Assembly (NCBI GenBank): GCA_016874975.1
Contig: VGSQ01000004.1
Coordinates: 1-61,641 of the forward strand
Direction: 5' to 3'
DNA: 61,641 nucleotides
Source of the DNA: Deltaproteobacteria bacterium
Lineage (GTDB): Bacteria > Desulfobacterota > Desulfobaccia > Desulfobaccales > 0-14-0-80-60-11
In this document: positions 10,107 to 18,900 of the stretch, in pieces
How positions within the stretch are numbered: position 1 is the first letter of the stretch
Layout of the letters: each line of letters opens with the position of its first letter
Notes under the pieces: model-generated
Seen by the model: only the letters and a program-made list of their open reading frames with translations
The model's database searches: none
Told to the model about the DNA's origin: nothing
Position numbers and translations under genes: made by a program

Positions 10107-10217
10107 GACAGATACAGGGGCAACCTTGAAGCCGCCGAAGAGGCGGACACCGCCCCCCTCTTCCTGATTCGGCCGCCCCGCTCCTTTCCTTAAATGGTGG
10201 CGCCGCTCCGGGAAGCG

Positions 10218-10385
10218 ATGCCAGGTGTCGGATGTCAGGTGTCGGAGGCCGGATTTTCCGCCTCGTTCCCAGGCTTCGGCCTGGGAAAGTTTCCCGGCAG
10301 TCGCGCCTGGGCCGTCGGCCCGCCTGTAACACCTGAAAAGTCTCGCAGGGCGGGCTCTGCCCGCCGCCGACGCCTGGCAACGGTG
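10218..10385. repeat. Mosaic cluster: heptamer repeats, CTCGTTCCCAGG palindrome, hairpin-GAAAA module, GCAGGGCGGG palindrome
   Basis: TGCCAGG-TGTCGGA-TGTCAGG-TGTCGGA; TTCCCAGGCTTCGGCCTGGGAA; GGGCCGTCGGCCC...CCTGAAAA. Confidence 0.7.
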
Positions 10386-10698
10386 CCCGGTCGCACCCTG
10401 CGGAACCGGGGGGAAGTGGGAAAATTCCGTCCCCTCCTTCCCCGGGCTTACGCGCCCGGATTTATCAACCGAGCCACCCGGCCGCCCCTATCCCCCGGAC
10501 CCGGGCCATGTGCTTCAGATACACGCGGGTTCATTATAAGCATTCTTGGCGGCGGAGTCATTAGTCGCCTCAGCAGAAGTGCCATTTCAATTCCGGAAAA
10601 ACCTGCTGTGGGGCAACCCTTTGAGAAATACGTCGATTCCTGACTCCTTCCCTTGTCAACTGCTTGACCGCATGGTAAGTTTTAAAAATTCAGGTTGT

Positions 10699-10851
10699 GA
10701 TGGCCTCGTAAAAAGTCCATTCACCCCCTCACCCCAGCCCTCTCCCCCAAGGGGGAGAGGGAGATAATGAGGCATATCAATCAGTTATCAATAGCAGCGA
10801 GAGCCATCTTTTGGGGATGGTATGGCCTTTTTGACTTTTTACGATTCCATC
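10699..10851. mobile_element. 153-bp MITE with 19-bp imperfect TIRs and a 7-bp target-site duplication
   Basis: GATGGCCTCGTAAAAAGTC ... GACTTTTTACGATTCCATC; AGGTTGT at 10692-10698 and 10852-10858; inverted partial copy at 31217. Confidence 0.85.
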
Positions 10852-10948
10852 AGGTTGTCTGATTTTTACGGCTGCGGGCTTGCCCAGGGGTTATTCCGGT
10901 CCCGCCCCGGCAGCCCCGGGTTTGCCTCGGAAGGGAGATGACGGGCCT

Positions 10949-11503
10949 ATGGCTCTGCCGAAACGAATTGTCCTCACCGGCCCGGAGGTGGACCGCACTC
11001 TGGAGCGGTTGGCCGAAGAGGTCTTGTTGGGTCGCGCCCACCTGGACGAAATGGTGGTGGTGGGCATCCGCACCGGCGGCGCCTTCCTGGCCCAACGTCT
11101 GGCCGACAAGTTGGAGCGGCGCCTCAAGCGGCCGGTCAGGGTGGGTATTCTGGACATCACCCTCTACCGGGACGACTGGACCCGCATCAGCCACAAGCCC
11201 CTGGTGGGAAAGACGGAACTCCCCGGCTCCATCGACGACCAGGACGTGCTGTTGGTGGACGACGTCTTTTTCACGGGCCGCACGGTGCGGGCCGCCCTGG
11301 ACGCCCTCATCGACTACGGCCGGCCCCGCCGCATCGAACTTCTGGTGCTGGTGGACCGGGGCGGCCGGGAGTTCCCTATCCGGCCCGACTTTACGGGCTT
11401 GCTCCTCAGCCTCCCGTCCGAGGAGCGGGTCAACGTCTACCTGACGGAGATGGGCCCGGAGGACCAGGTGGCCATCGAAGCCACCCCGGCCTATAAGGGC
11501 TGA
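10949..11503 (+). CDS. pyrR: Bifunctional pyrimidine regulatory protein / uracil phosphoribosyltransferase
   Basis: GIRTGG, LDITLYRDD, LVDDVFFTGRTVRAALDAL, LVDRGGREFPIRPDF. Confidence 0.95.
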   Translation: MALPKRIVLTGPEVDRTLERLAEEVLLGRAHLDEMVVVGIRTGGAFLAQRLADKLERRLKRPVRVGILDITLYRDDWTRISHKPLVGKTELPGSIDDQDVLLVDDVFFTGRTVRAALDALIDYGRPRRIELLVLVDRGGREFPIRPDFTGLLLSLPSEERVNVYLTEMGPEDQVAIEATPAYKG

Positions 11504-11569
11504 AGGGCCGGGGGAAGTGGAGTATCGGCTCTTAAGTTACAGGTCTTAAATCCCGGATCCTTTGACAGC

Positions 11570-11611
11570 GTTCATCCGGAAAGTCGTTTAACCCCCCCTT
11601 GATGGGGGAGG
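11570..11611 (-). repeat. Partial inverted end of the 8232-8385 MITE family
   Basis: GTTCATCCGGAAAGTC...CCCCCTTGATGGGGGAGG matches the reverse complement of ~8338-8383. Confidence 0.65.
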
Positions 11612-11615
11612 TAGC

Positions 11616-11748
11616 CTGAAATGCAGGCTCTTCCATGTCCGGAGGCCTTTTTGCTATTCGCCTCCTTTTCTCTCAGGGCTGAAACATCAAGGCTGGAAGG
11701 CCATATCCTTATCAGACTTGTAAGCAAAAAGCGTGCCGGACAGCTCTG
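11616..11748 (-). repeat. ~135-bp dispersed repeat, copy 1 (carries sigma54-type motif)
   Basis: Colinear with 53556-53693; shared blocks GGCTCTTCC, TGTCCGGAGGCCTTTTTG, GAAACATCAAGGCTGGAAGGC, TTGTAAGCAAAAA, CGTGCCGGACAGC. Confidence 0.9.
11723..11738 (-). promoter_or_regulatory. Putative sigma54 (-24/-12) promoter
   Basis: Minus strand CGGCACGCTTTTTGCT = GG-N10-GC, one mismatch to TGGCACG-N4-TTGCW. Confidence 0.55.
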
Positions 11749-11774
11749 GCGCCACTGATATTTTTTGAAGATTT

Positions 11775-13031
11775 ATGAAAGACAAGGGAAAAAAACCAGG
11801 CAAGGCGGCCGCGGAAAGCCTGCCCATCCTGGCCCCGGGGGACGCCGTCCTCCTGGAGCAGCAGGTGGCCGGGCTGGAGGCCGCGTTGGCCGCGGGGGAG
11901 GAGCCGGAAGTCCTCCTGGGGCTGGTGGAGCGCCGTCCCCAGGACCCGGCCTGGGACCTGCACCTGCTGGCGCGGCTGGCCCAACTCTCCCACCCGGACC
12001 TGCCCGCCCTGCTGGGCCGACTCTTCGGCGCCGCGCCCGACAAAGCCCGGCGCAAGGCCCTCCAACGTGCCCTGCATATTTTGAAGAGCAAGGGTCTGGC
12101 GGTGGACGCCGCGCTCCTGCCCCGCCCGGAGCCCACCGTCCTCAAGTTCACCAAAGAGCCGGTGGTGGCCCACCTCTCCCACATTTTCAGCCTGGACGGA
12201 AACGAGGGGGAGCGTTACGTGGTCCTGGAAGGCCCGGCCGAGGTCCTGGGGGGCAGCCAACTGGTGGCCCGGTTGAGCGACCGGCGCGGCTTCCGGGAGC
12301 TCCACGTGATGAGCCTCAGGCGCAAGCAGTGGGCCGAATTCTGGGAATATTTCCGCAGCCACGGCCTGGACGAGTGGGCCAAGGCCCCTCCCGCCTATGC
12401 CCTGCGCCTCCTGGAGGAAGCCTGGGCCCTCAACCCCTCCGTGGAGGGGAGAGGCCGGCGCTACGGGGCCCTGCGGGAGCGTCTGCACCAGCGCCTGGGG
12501 CCTCCGGAGGCAGCTCCCACTCTGGCCACCCTTCTCCCCGCTTTGCCGGACGCCGACCGCCGCGGGCTCCTGGAGCGCTCCTGGGAATTGAGTCGGGACA
12601 GCCTCTTCTTTTCCTGGCTGCCGGGGCCCGACCAGACCATGCCCTGGTATCAGAAAATGTTGGACTCCCGGTCCAGCCCCCTGGTCCTCACCGAACAGCA
12701 GCATCAGGACCGTCTGGACGCGGTGGTGGAAGATGCGGTGCAGGCCTTCTACCCGCCGGAGTCCCGTCCCTTCTGGGGCCGACGTCTTTTGGAGATCGCC
12801 TATTTCCTGGACCTGAAAGGTCGGACCGAGGAAGCTCGGGCCGCCCAGGCCGCGGGTGAAGACCTCTTCACCGGGACCGCCGGCCCGCTCACCGGGGAGA
12901 ATCCCTTTCTCAAAAGCCTGTCGGTCTTCGCCCTCACCATGGCGGCGCAACTGGCGGCGGCCCCGGACCAGCCCCAGAAACCGTCGGGGCTGGTGCTCCC
13001 GCCCTCGTCCCTGTTCACCCCCGGGAGGTGA
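11775..13031 (+). CDS. Hypothetical helical protein
   Basis: 418 aa ORF with host-like codon usage, abutting yjbQ; no family motif recognised. Confidence 0.8.
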   Translation: MKDKGKKPGKAAAESLPILAPGDAVLLEQQVAGLEAALAAGEEPEVLLGLVERRPQDPAWDLHLLARLAQLSHPDLPALLGRLFGAAPDKARRKALQRALHILKSKGLAVDAALLPRPEPTVLKFTKEPVVAHLSHIFSLDGNEGERYVVLEGPAEVLGGSQLVARLSDRRGFRELHVMSLRRKQWAEFWEYFRSHGLDEWAKAPPAYALRLLEEAWALNPSVEGRGRRYGALRERLHQRLGPPEAAPTLATLLPALPDADRRGLLERSWELSRDSLFFSWLPGPDQTMPWYQKMLDSRSSPLVLTEQQHQDRLDAVVEDAVQAFYPPESRPFWGRRLLEIAYFLDLKGRTEEARAAQAAGEDLFTGTAGPLTGENPFLKSLSVFALTMAAQLAAAPDQPQKPSGLVLPPSSLFTPGR

Positions 13032-13033
13032 GG

Positions 13034-13432
13034 ATGATACAACTCCTCCAGGTCCACACCGGCAGCCGCACCGAATTTGTGGAGGTCACCGCCGAAGTGG
13101 AGCGTCTGGTGCGCCAAAGCGGGGTTTCGGAGGGACTCTGTCACCTGTTCGTGCCCCACACCACCGCCGGTCTCACCATCAACGAAAACGCCGATCCCAC
13201 GGTGAAAGCCGACATCCTCATGGCGCTCAACAAACTGATCAGCGAGCATGAGCCCTACCGCCACCGGGAGGGTAATTCCCCGGCGCACATCAAAGCCTCC
13301 CTGATGGGGTCCGGCCTTACGCTGTTGGTGGAGGGCGGCCGTCTGGTCCTGGGCGCCTGGCAAGGCATCTTTTTCTGTGAATTTGACGGGCCCCGGTCCC
13401 GTCGCCTCCTGGTCAAGATCGTGTCCGGCTGA
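13034..13432 (+). CDS. yjbQ: YjbQ/UPF0047 family protein
   Basis: HTTAGLTINENADP, H.EGNSPAHIKASL, LGAWQGIFFCEFDGPR; GGAGG RBS. Confidence 0.93.
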   Translation: MIQLLQVHTGSRTEFVEVTAEVERLVRQSGVSEGLCHLFVPHTTAGLTINENADPTVKADILMALNKLISEHEPYRHREGNSPAHIKASLMGSGLTLLVEGGRLVLGAWQGIFFCEFDGPRSRRLLVKIVSG

Positions 13433-15171
13433 TGACTGCAGCGCAGGAATTCTTCTCCCAGGTCAAAATCGGCGGCGTCTCGCTGGCCGCCCTCCAGCGG
13501 GGCGAGGCCCCCCTTCGGGACCGTTATCACCTCAAAGAATTCCTGGAATACCAGCACATCAAAAAGGGGCTGCTGGCCCCCTACGGACCTTCCTACCCAC
13601 TGGTGGAGGCCCGTGAACTCCTTCCCTCCTTTGAAAAAAATTTCAACGAATATAAAGAGCTCCCCGGCTTCAGCCTGGTGGTTCTGAACCGTCAGCTCAA
13701 TTACCAGGAGGAGGTTTTTCAGTTCGACCTGCTGCATGCCACCGCGGAAGGCGGCCGGAAGAGTCTGCGGGAAAATCTGGAGCGCCTCCAGCCCCACCTG
13801 GACCGGCAACTGCGGCCGCTCTTCCGCCAGCGCTTCGCCGGCCGGGACGTCACCGACCTGGCCCACTACGAGGAACTGCTGGACTACCTCCTGCACATGG
13901 ACCGGGCCCAGGTCATCGCCCGGGACGAGCAGGGCGACTTCCGCCTCCTGGGGGTGTACGCCTCCTTCCCCGCAGACCTGGACACGGAACTCAAGGCCTT
14001 CGGTCTGCGCCTGGGCAAATTCAAGAAGCAGGACAACGCCCTTTACGAGCAGGAGCGGTACTTCGTCTACCAGTTTTTCATGGAGCTTTACGGTTTTCCC
14101 ATCGCCGCCGAACGCCGCACCTCGGCGGCCCTCTTCGCCCGCCGGCTGGCCCGCCTCAAGGAGCAGTACCTCATCAAGGTGTTGGGCTCCTCGGACCGCA
14201 CCATCACCAGTCTCTGCGGCTTCGAGATGAAGCGCTACCCCCTGGTGGAAAAGCTGGCCCTGGTGGCCCTGCCGCCGGGCATGGCCGAAGCCTCCCCCCA
14301 CCTGGGGGAGCAGGGCTTCTTTGTGGACCCGGAGCGCCGGGTGGTCATTCTCAAGGTGACCTACCAGCAGCACAAGTACAACCGCCTGAACGTGCTGGAG
14401 GACCGGGCCCTGTCGGTGCTCCGGCAGGAGGTCATCCACCCCGTGCACGGCGGCCGGGACCAGAGCCTCAATCTCCTCAAGGACAGCCGCCGGTTCCTCA
14501 AGGACCTCACCGACATCGTCCGGGGAGAATATCTGGGCAGCATTTCCTACCAGCGCAGCGAACTCCTCACCTCCACCAAGACCCATGAGGACCGCCTGAA
14601 GTTTCTCTCGGCCTGGCTGGTCAAAAACCACCGGCGCCTGGCCACTTACAGCCACGATTCCTTCGACGCGGCCAAAAGGCTCCTGCACAGCTATCTTCTC
14701 AACCGGGAACACCGGGAGGTCTTTGCCAAGCACGCAGAGCTCCATCGGGAAGCGCTGCGCCGGTTGACCTATCTGACCCAGGCCCATCAGCTCCAGACCC
14801 TGGAGAAACTGGTCCAGGGCCAGACCGGCCGGCGTCAGTTGGGGCCTTACCAGCGCATGGCCCAGGCCGTGGCCATGCTGGAAGAGAAGAAGGAGGAACT
14901 CCCCTACTACTACCCCGACCTCTTTGATAAGTTCCTCAAACTCTGTGAAGAACTCCTGGACTACCCCTACTTCCGCCGTCTCCGGAACCTTCCCGCCCCC
15001 CCTACCCTCCCATATCGCCGCCGGGTCTGGCAGCTCATGCTGCTGGGGGAGCGGCTAGTCAAGGAACTGACGGCCCAGCACCGGCAGATCCAGGCCGAGG
15101 TGAGCCGGGGCACGCCCCTGCCCCTCCTGGCGCCGGGGAAAGCCCGGGCCCCCCGCCCCGTGCAACCCTGA
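13432..15171 (+). CDS. Hypothetical soluble protein (579 aa)
   Basis: Long ORF with strong GC3 bias, TGATG-coupled to yjbQ; function not recognised. Confidence 0.85.
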   Translation: MTAAQEFFSQVKIGGVSLAALQRGEAPLRDRYHLKEFLEYQHIKKGLLAPYGPSYPLVEARELLPSFEKNFNEYKELPGFSLVVLNRQLNYQEEVFQFDLLHATAEGGRKSLRENLERLQPHLDRQLRPLFRQRFAGRDVTDLAHYEELLDYLLHMDRAQVIARDEQGDFRLLGVYASFPADLDTELKAFGLRLGKFKKQDNALYEQERYFVYQFFMELYGFPIAAERRTSAALFARRLARLKEQYLIKVLGSSDRTITSLCGFEMKRYPLVEKLALVALPPGMAEASPHLGEQGFFVDPERRVVILKVTYQQHKYNRLNVLEDRALSVLRQEVIHPVHGGRDQSLNLLKDSRRFLKDLTDIVRGEYLGSISYQRSELLTSTKTHEDRLKFLSAWLVKNHRRLATYSHDSFDAAKRLLHSYLLNREHREVFAKHAELHREALRRLTYLTQAHQLQTLEKLVQGQTGRRQLGPYQRMAQAVAMLEEKKEELPYYYPDLFDKFLKLCEELLDYPYFRRLRNLPAPPTLPYRRRVWQLMLLGERLVKELTAQHRQIQAEVSRGTPLPLLAPGKARAPRPVQP

Positions 15172-15186
15172 CAGGAGACTCTGCGG

Positions 15187-15993
15187 ATGTCTGAGCAACA
15201 CGCCTGGTTCTGGCTCGACGAGGGGCAGGGGTATCCCCTGGTCCTGCTGCACGGCCTGGGGGCCTCCACCTTCTCCTGGCGTTGCCAACGGGAGCCCCTG
15301 GGTCGCCATTTCCGGCTGCTGGCCCCGGACCTGCCGGGCCACGGGCGCACCCTGGTTTCCCCCGGCGGTGATTTTTCCATCCGCGCCCTGGCCGCCGGGG
15401 TGGCTCGATGCCTCCAGGATCGGGGCGTCACCCAAGCCGCCGTGGCGGGGAACTCCCTGGGCGGCGGCCTGGCCCTGTGGCTGGCCCGGGAGCACCCGGA
15501 GATGGTTTCCCACCTCATCCTGCTGGCCCCGGCCGCGGCTTTGCGGAGGCTGCCTTATATCTTTGTGCCGCTCAGCCTGCCGGTCCTGGGAAATCTCACG
15601 GCCCTGGCCCTGGGTCCCTGGATTCTCCCCCCGGCCCTGGGCCTGATATTCCATAACAGGGACCTGATCACCCCGGAAGTGCTGGAAGGCTACGCCCCCC
15701 CCTACCGGGACCGCCGCCAACGCCGCCTTCTCGGTGAGGTTTGTCGCCAACTCCAGCTTCTGCCCTTGGAAGAGGTGGCGGCTCTTTTGCGAAAAATCTC
15801 CTGCCCCACCGTCCTCATCTGGGGGGTCGAGGACCGCATCCTGCCCCTGGGCCAGGGCTGCTGGATGCTGGCCCATCTGACCCAGGCCCGGCCCTATTTC
15901 CTCCCCGGGGTGGGCCACGCACCCCAGGAGGAGGCCCCGGACCGGGTCAACCAAATAATCATTGATTTTTTGCGGGGGACATTAAAAAATTAA
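15187..15993 (+). CDS. Alpha/beta-fold hydrolase
   Basis: LLHGLG, PDLPGHG, nucleophile elbow GNSLGG, WGVEDRI, GHAPQEE. Confidence 0.93.
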   Translation: MSEQHAWFWLDEGQGYPLVLLHGLGASTFSWRCQREPLGRHFRLLAPDLPGHGRTLVSPGGDFSIRALAAGVARCLQDRGVTQAAVAGNSLGGGLALWLAREHPEMVSHLILLAPAAALRRLPYIFVPLSLPVLGNLTALALGPWILPPALGLIFHNRDLITPEVLEGYAPPYRDRRQRRLLGEVCRQLQLLPLEEVAALLRKISCPTVLIWGVEDRILPLGQGCWMLAHLTQARPYFLPGVGHAPQEEAPDRVNQIIIDFLRGTLKN

Positions 15994-16241
15994 TCCGGTA
16001 AGTTAGACGGCGGCCGGAAACCGGGCGGGGGAAGGGCGGGAGAGTGGCGGCTCCTGTGGCGCAGGCGTCTCCGAGCCCTGGCCCCCTCCTCCACAAAATC
16101 TCTCAAGACAGATAATAACAAGAATTATCAACGACATATGCTGCGCGGTGCGCACCCTGCCGATCAATTTGCCGAGAATGACATCACATCGCCAGGAGGC
16201 GCCGGGCGCCGCGGTGGGGCCGCAGGGGCCCAGGACGAAAC

Positions 16242-16469
16242 ATGAGGAAAAACATCATCCCGTTTGAAAAGGCCAAGCGCTCCGTCAAAGAAGTGGTGGA
16301 GCGGTTTTACCAGGATCTGGACGACATCGAGGAAATCGTGGTCATCGCCAAGGACCGGGAGGGGGAATGGATCTTCGCCAACTCGGAGCTGGAGAACGAG
16401 CTGGAGTGGATCGGCAGTCTCTATAAATTCATCAACAAAGCCATCATGGAAGACGGCGACGATTTTTAG
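16242..16469 (+). CDS. Small acidic hypothetical protein
   Basis: 75 aa, AGGA RBS, plausible codon usage. Confidence 0.7.
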   Translation: MRKNIIPFEKAKRSVKEVVERFYQDLDDIEEIVVIAKDREGEWIFANSELENELEWIGSLYKFINKAIMEDGDDF

Positions 16470-16493
16470 CGCGGCGCCGGCCCATCGAGCAGG

Positions 16494-16770
16494 AGGGGGC
16501 CTTGCGGCCCCCGTCCTCTCCCGCCACCCTGGGTATGGTTCCGTAACCGGCGGCTCCTGAGGCACCTTGAACCAGGTGCAGATAATCGAGCAGCGACCCG
16601 AGTCCCCAGTTGTCAACACACCACTTCAGGAAGGCCTCGTGCATATGACAGGCCCCGGCCGACACTCCCGAAAGACGGAGTAAGGCAGCTTGGTGGCGCG
16701 GCCGGGTCGGGCCCGCCCACCCGGGTATCCCGGACCGCAGAATTCCTTTTCGGGGGTTATCGGGCCATTT
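16494..16770. ncRNA. Candidate structured ncRNA (family and strand unresolved)
   Basis: Non-repeat intergenic block with several hairpins and long-range end-to-end pairing; see finding. Confidence 0.35.
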
Positions 16771-16801
16771 TCCCACTAAAGCATAATATATCGGAAGCTC
16801 A

Positions 16802-17968
16802 TTGACTTATCTGCTCTACCCGCTGCTGCTGCTCATCCTGGCCGCCCTGGTTTACCAGGTGCTGGCCCTGGTATCCCTGGCGCGGCTGTTCTCGGCCCGG
16901 CCCGGCCCTCCTCTTCCGGAGCCGCCCCCCGGGGTCACGGTCCTCAAGCCGGTGAAGGGGCTGGAGCCGGACAGCCGCGCCTGCCTGGAAAGCTTCCTCA
17001 CCCAGGATTACCCCGCCTACGAGGTGTTGTTCGGGGTGGCCGACCAGGGCGATGCGGTGTTGCCTCTGTTGGACGACCTGGTCCGGGCCCACCCGCAGAG
17101 GCCGGCCCGGGTGGTCCTCTGCACCGAGGTTTTGGGGCAAAACCCCAAGGTGAGCATTCTGCGCCAGTTGGAGCCCCTGGCCCGGCATGATCTCCTGGTG
17201 GTGGCCGACGGGGACGTGAAGGTGGGTGAAGATTTTTTGCAGCGCGTCGCCGCGGGCCTGGCCGAGCCCGGCGTGGGTCTGGTGAGCTGCCTCTACCGGG
17301 CCGGGCCGGCCCGCACCCTGGGGTCGGCCCTGGAGGCCCTGACCATCAGCGCCGACTTCATCCCTTCGGTGGCCGTGGCCCGACAGGTGGAGGGCATCCG
17401 CTTCGCCCTGGGGGCCGCGCTGGCCCTGCCCCGGCAGGTGCTGGCCCGTCTGGGTGGGTTCGCCGCCATCGCCGACCACCTGGCCGACGATTACCAACTG
17501 GGGTGGCAGGTGCACCGTCTGGGTCTGAGGGTGGACCTGCTCCCTTATGTGGTGGAAACGGTGAACCCCCACATGACGTTGGCCGCCTATTTTCTTCACC
17601 AACTGCGCTGGAGCCGGACCTACCGGGTCTGCCGGCCCGGCGGCTACCTGGCCTTCGGCGTCACCCATGGTCTGGTCTTCGCCCTGGTCCTGTGGCTTGC
17701 CTCGGGCCTGGCCGGCTGGGCCCTGGAATTGACGGGAGCGGTGCTGGCCCTGCGGGCCGCGGTGGCCCTGGCCTCGGAGCGCCTCTATCTCCGGGGCCGC
17801 CTGAGGCCGGGGGCTTTTCTGCTGCTTCCGGTGAAAGACCTCCTGGCCTTCGCCCTCTGGCTGCTGAGCTTTTCGGGCGACACCGTCACCTGGCGGGGAC
17901 GGCGCTTCCGCCTTAGACGGGACGGCGCCCTGATGGAGACCCAGAAAGAGGACTCAGGGCGGAAGTAG
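16802..17968 (+). CDS. hpnI: HpnI-family (ceramide glucosyltransferase-like, GT2) glycosyltransferase
   Basis: VTVLKPVKG, QDYP.YEVLFGV, NPKV, ADGDV, LADDYQLG, HQLRWSRT; N- and C-terminal TM helices. Confidence 0.85.
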   Translation: MTYLLYPLLLLILAALVYQVLALVSLARLFSARPGPPLPEPPPGVTVLKPVKGLEPDSRACLESFLTQDYPAYEVLFGVADQGDAVLPLLDDLVRAHPQRPARVVLCTEVLGQNPKVSILRQLEPLARHDLLVVADGDVKVGEDFLQRVAAGLAEPGVGLVSCLYRAGPARTLGSALEALTISADFIPSVAVARQVEGIRFALGAALALPRQVLARLGGFAAIADHLADDYQLGWQVHRLGLRVDLLPYVVETVNPHMTLAAYFLHQLRWSRTYRVCRPGGYLAFGVTHGLVFALVLWLASGLAGWALELTGAVLALRAAVALASERLYLRGRLRPGAFLLLPVKDLLAFALWLLSFSGDTVTWRGRRFRLRRDGALMETQKEDSGRK

Positions 17969-17980
17969 GGAGTAGGTTTT

Positions 17981-18119
17981 GTGAGGGGAGGACCGCGGTA
18001 ACACAGTTCCCCCGCCCTCCCCCACAGTAAACTTTTCAGGACAGTTCCTCATGAGCCTTTGGCCCACCCATAAATTATGAAAAGTTAAGCATGGTTACGG
18101 TGCGCAGTGCGCACCCTAC
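17981..18119. repeat. Mosaic REP-like cluster
   Basis: GC hairpin; CATGAGCCTTTGGCCCACC...TATGAAAA (18050-18083); GGTGCGCAGTGCGCACCCTAC (18099-18119). Confidence 0.75.
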
Positions 18120-18147
18120 AAAAAACTTTTCGAAGCAGGAAACCTGC

Positions 18148-18900
18148 ATGGACCATAAGTTGCTCGAGCAATTGTTACAGGAAGTGCAGTCCGGCACGGT
18201 GGGGGTGGAGGAGGCCCTGGACCGGCTGCGGACGCTCCCCTTCGAGGACCTGGGTTTCGCCCTGGTGGACCACCACCGGACTCTGCGCCAGGGGTTTCCG
18301 GAGGTGCTCTTCGCCCAGGGCAAGGAGGTGGGGCAGATCAAGGCCATCCTGACCTCGCTCTGGAGCCGCAGCGAAAACGTGCTGGTGACTCGCCTGGCCG
18401 CCGACCAGGCTGCGGTCCTGCGCGCCGACTTCCCCGAAGCCCGGTATTACCCCGACTCCCGCCTCCTGACCCTGTCCCGCCGCCCAATTCCGGACCGGGG
18501 CCGCGGGCTCATCTGCGTCATCTCCGCCGGCACCGCGGACATCCCGGTGGCGGAGGAGGCCGCGGTCACCGCCCGCATCATGGGGCACCAGGTGGAAACC
18601 CTGTACGACTGCGGGGTGGCCGGCCTGCACCGCCTCCTGGCCCATCAGGCCCTCTTCGCCCAGGCCACCGTCTTCGTGGTGGTGGCGGGAATGGAGGGGG
18701 CGCTGCCCTCGGTGGTGGGGGGACTGGTGGACCGGCCCGTCATCGCGGTGCCCACCAGCGTGGGCTACGGGGCCAGTTTCGGGGGCCTGGCGGCGCTGCT
18801 GGCCATGCTCAACTCCTGCGCCACCGGGGTGGCCGTGGTCAACATCGACAACGGCTTCGGGGCCGGCTGCCTGGCGGCCCTGATCAACCGGAAGGATTAA
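18148..18900 (+). CDS. larB: Nickel-pincer cofactor biosynthesis carboxylase LarB (PurE-like)
   Basis: DHHR..RQGFPEV, SAGTADIPVAEEA, VAGMEGALPSVVGG, PTSVGYGA, MLNSCA.G...VNIDNGFGA. Confidence 0.95.
   Translation: MDHKLLEQLLQEVQSGTVGVEEALDRLRTLPFEDLGFALVDHHRTLRQGFPEVLFAQGKEVGQIKAILTSLWSRSENVLVTRLAADQAAVLRADFPEARYYPDSRLLTLSRRPIPDRGRGLICVISAGTADIPVAEEAAVTARIMGHQVETLYDCGVAGLHRLLAHQALFAQATVFVVVAGMEGALPSVVGGLVDRPVIAVPTSVGYGASFGGLAALLAMLNSCATGVAVVNIDNGFGAGCLAALINRKD

Noticed and set aside
10860-10948. PyrR-binding attenuator upstream of pyrR
   Set aside because: No AGUCCAGAGAGGCU-like binding loop or U-tailed terminator is visible.
16735-16785. SAM-I riboswitch-like words (TGGCCCGAT, AATTCTGC) on the minus strand
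   Set aside because: The ATC..GAG P1 element, GCAACC and GTGC core are missing, and there is no downstream gene on that strand.
18148-18900. Lactate racemase (lar) gene cluster
   Set aside because: Only larB is present; scattered larB/C/E genes are common, so this is not a cluster.
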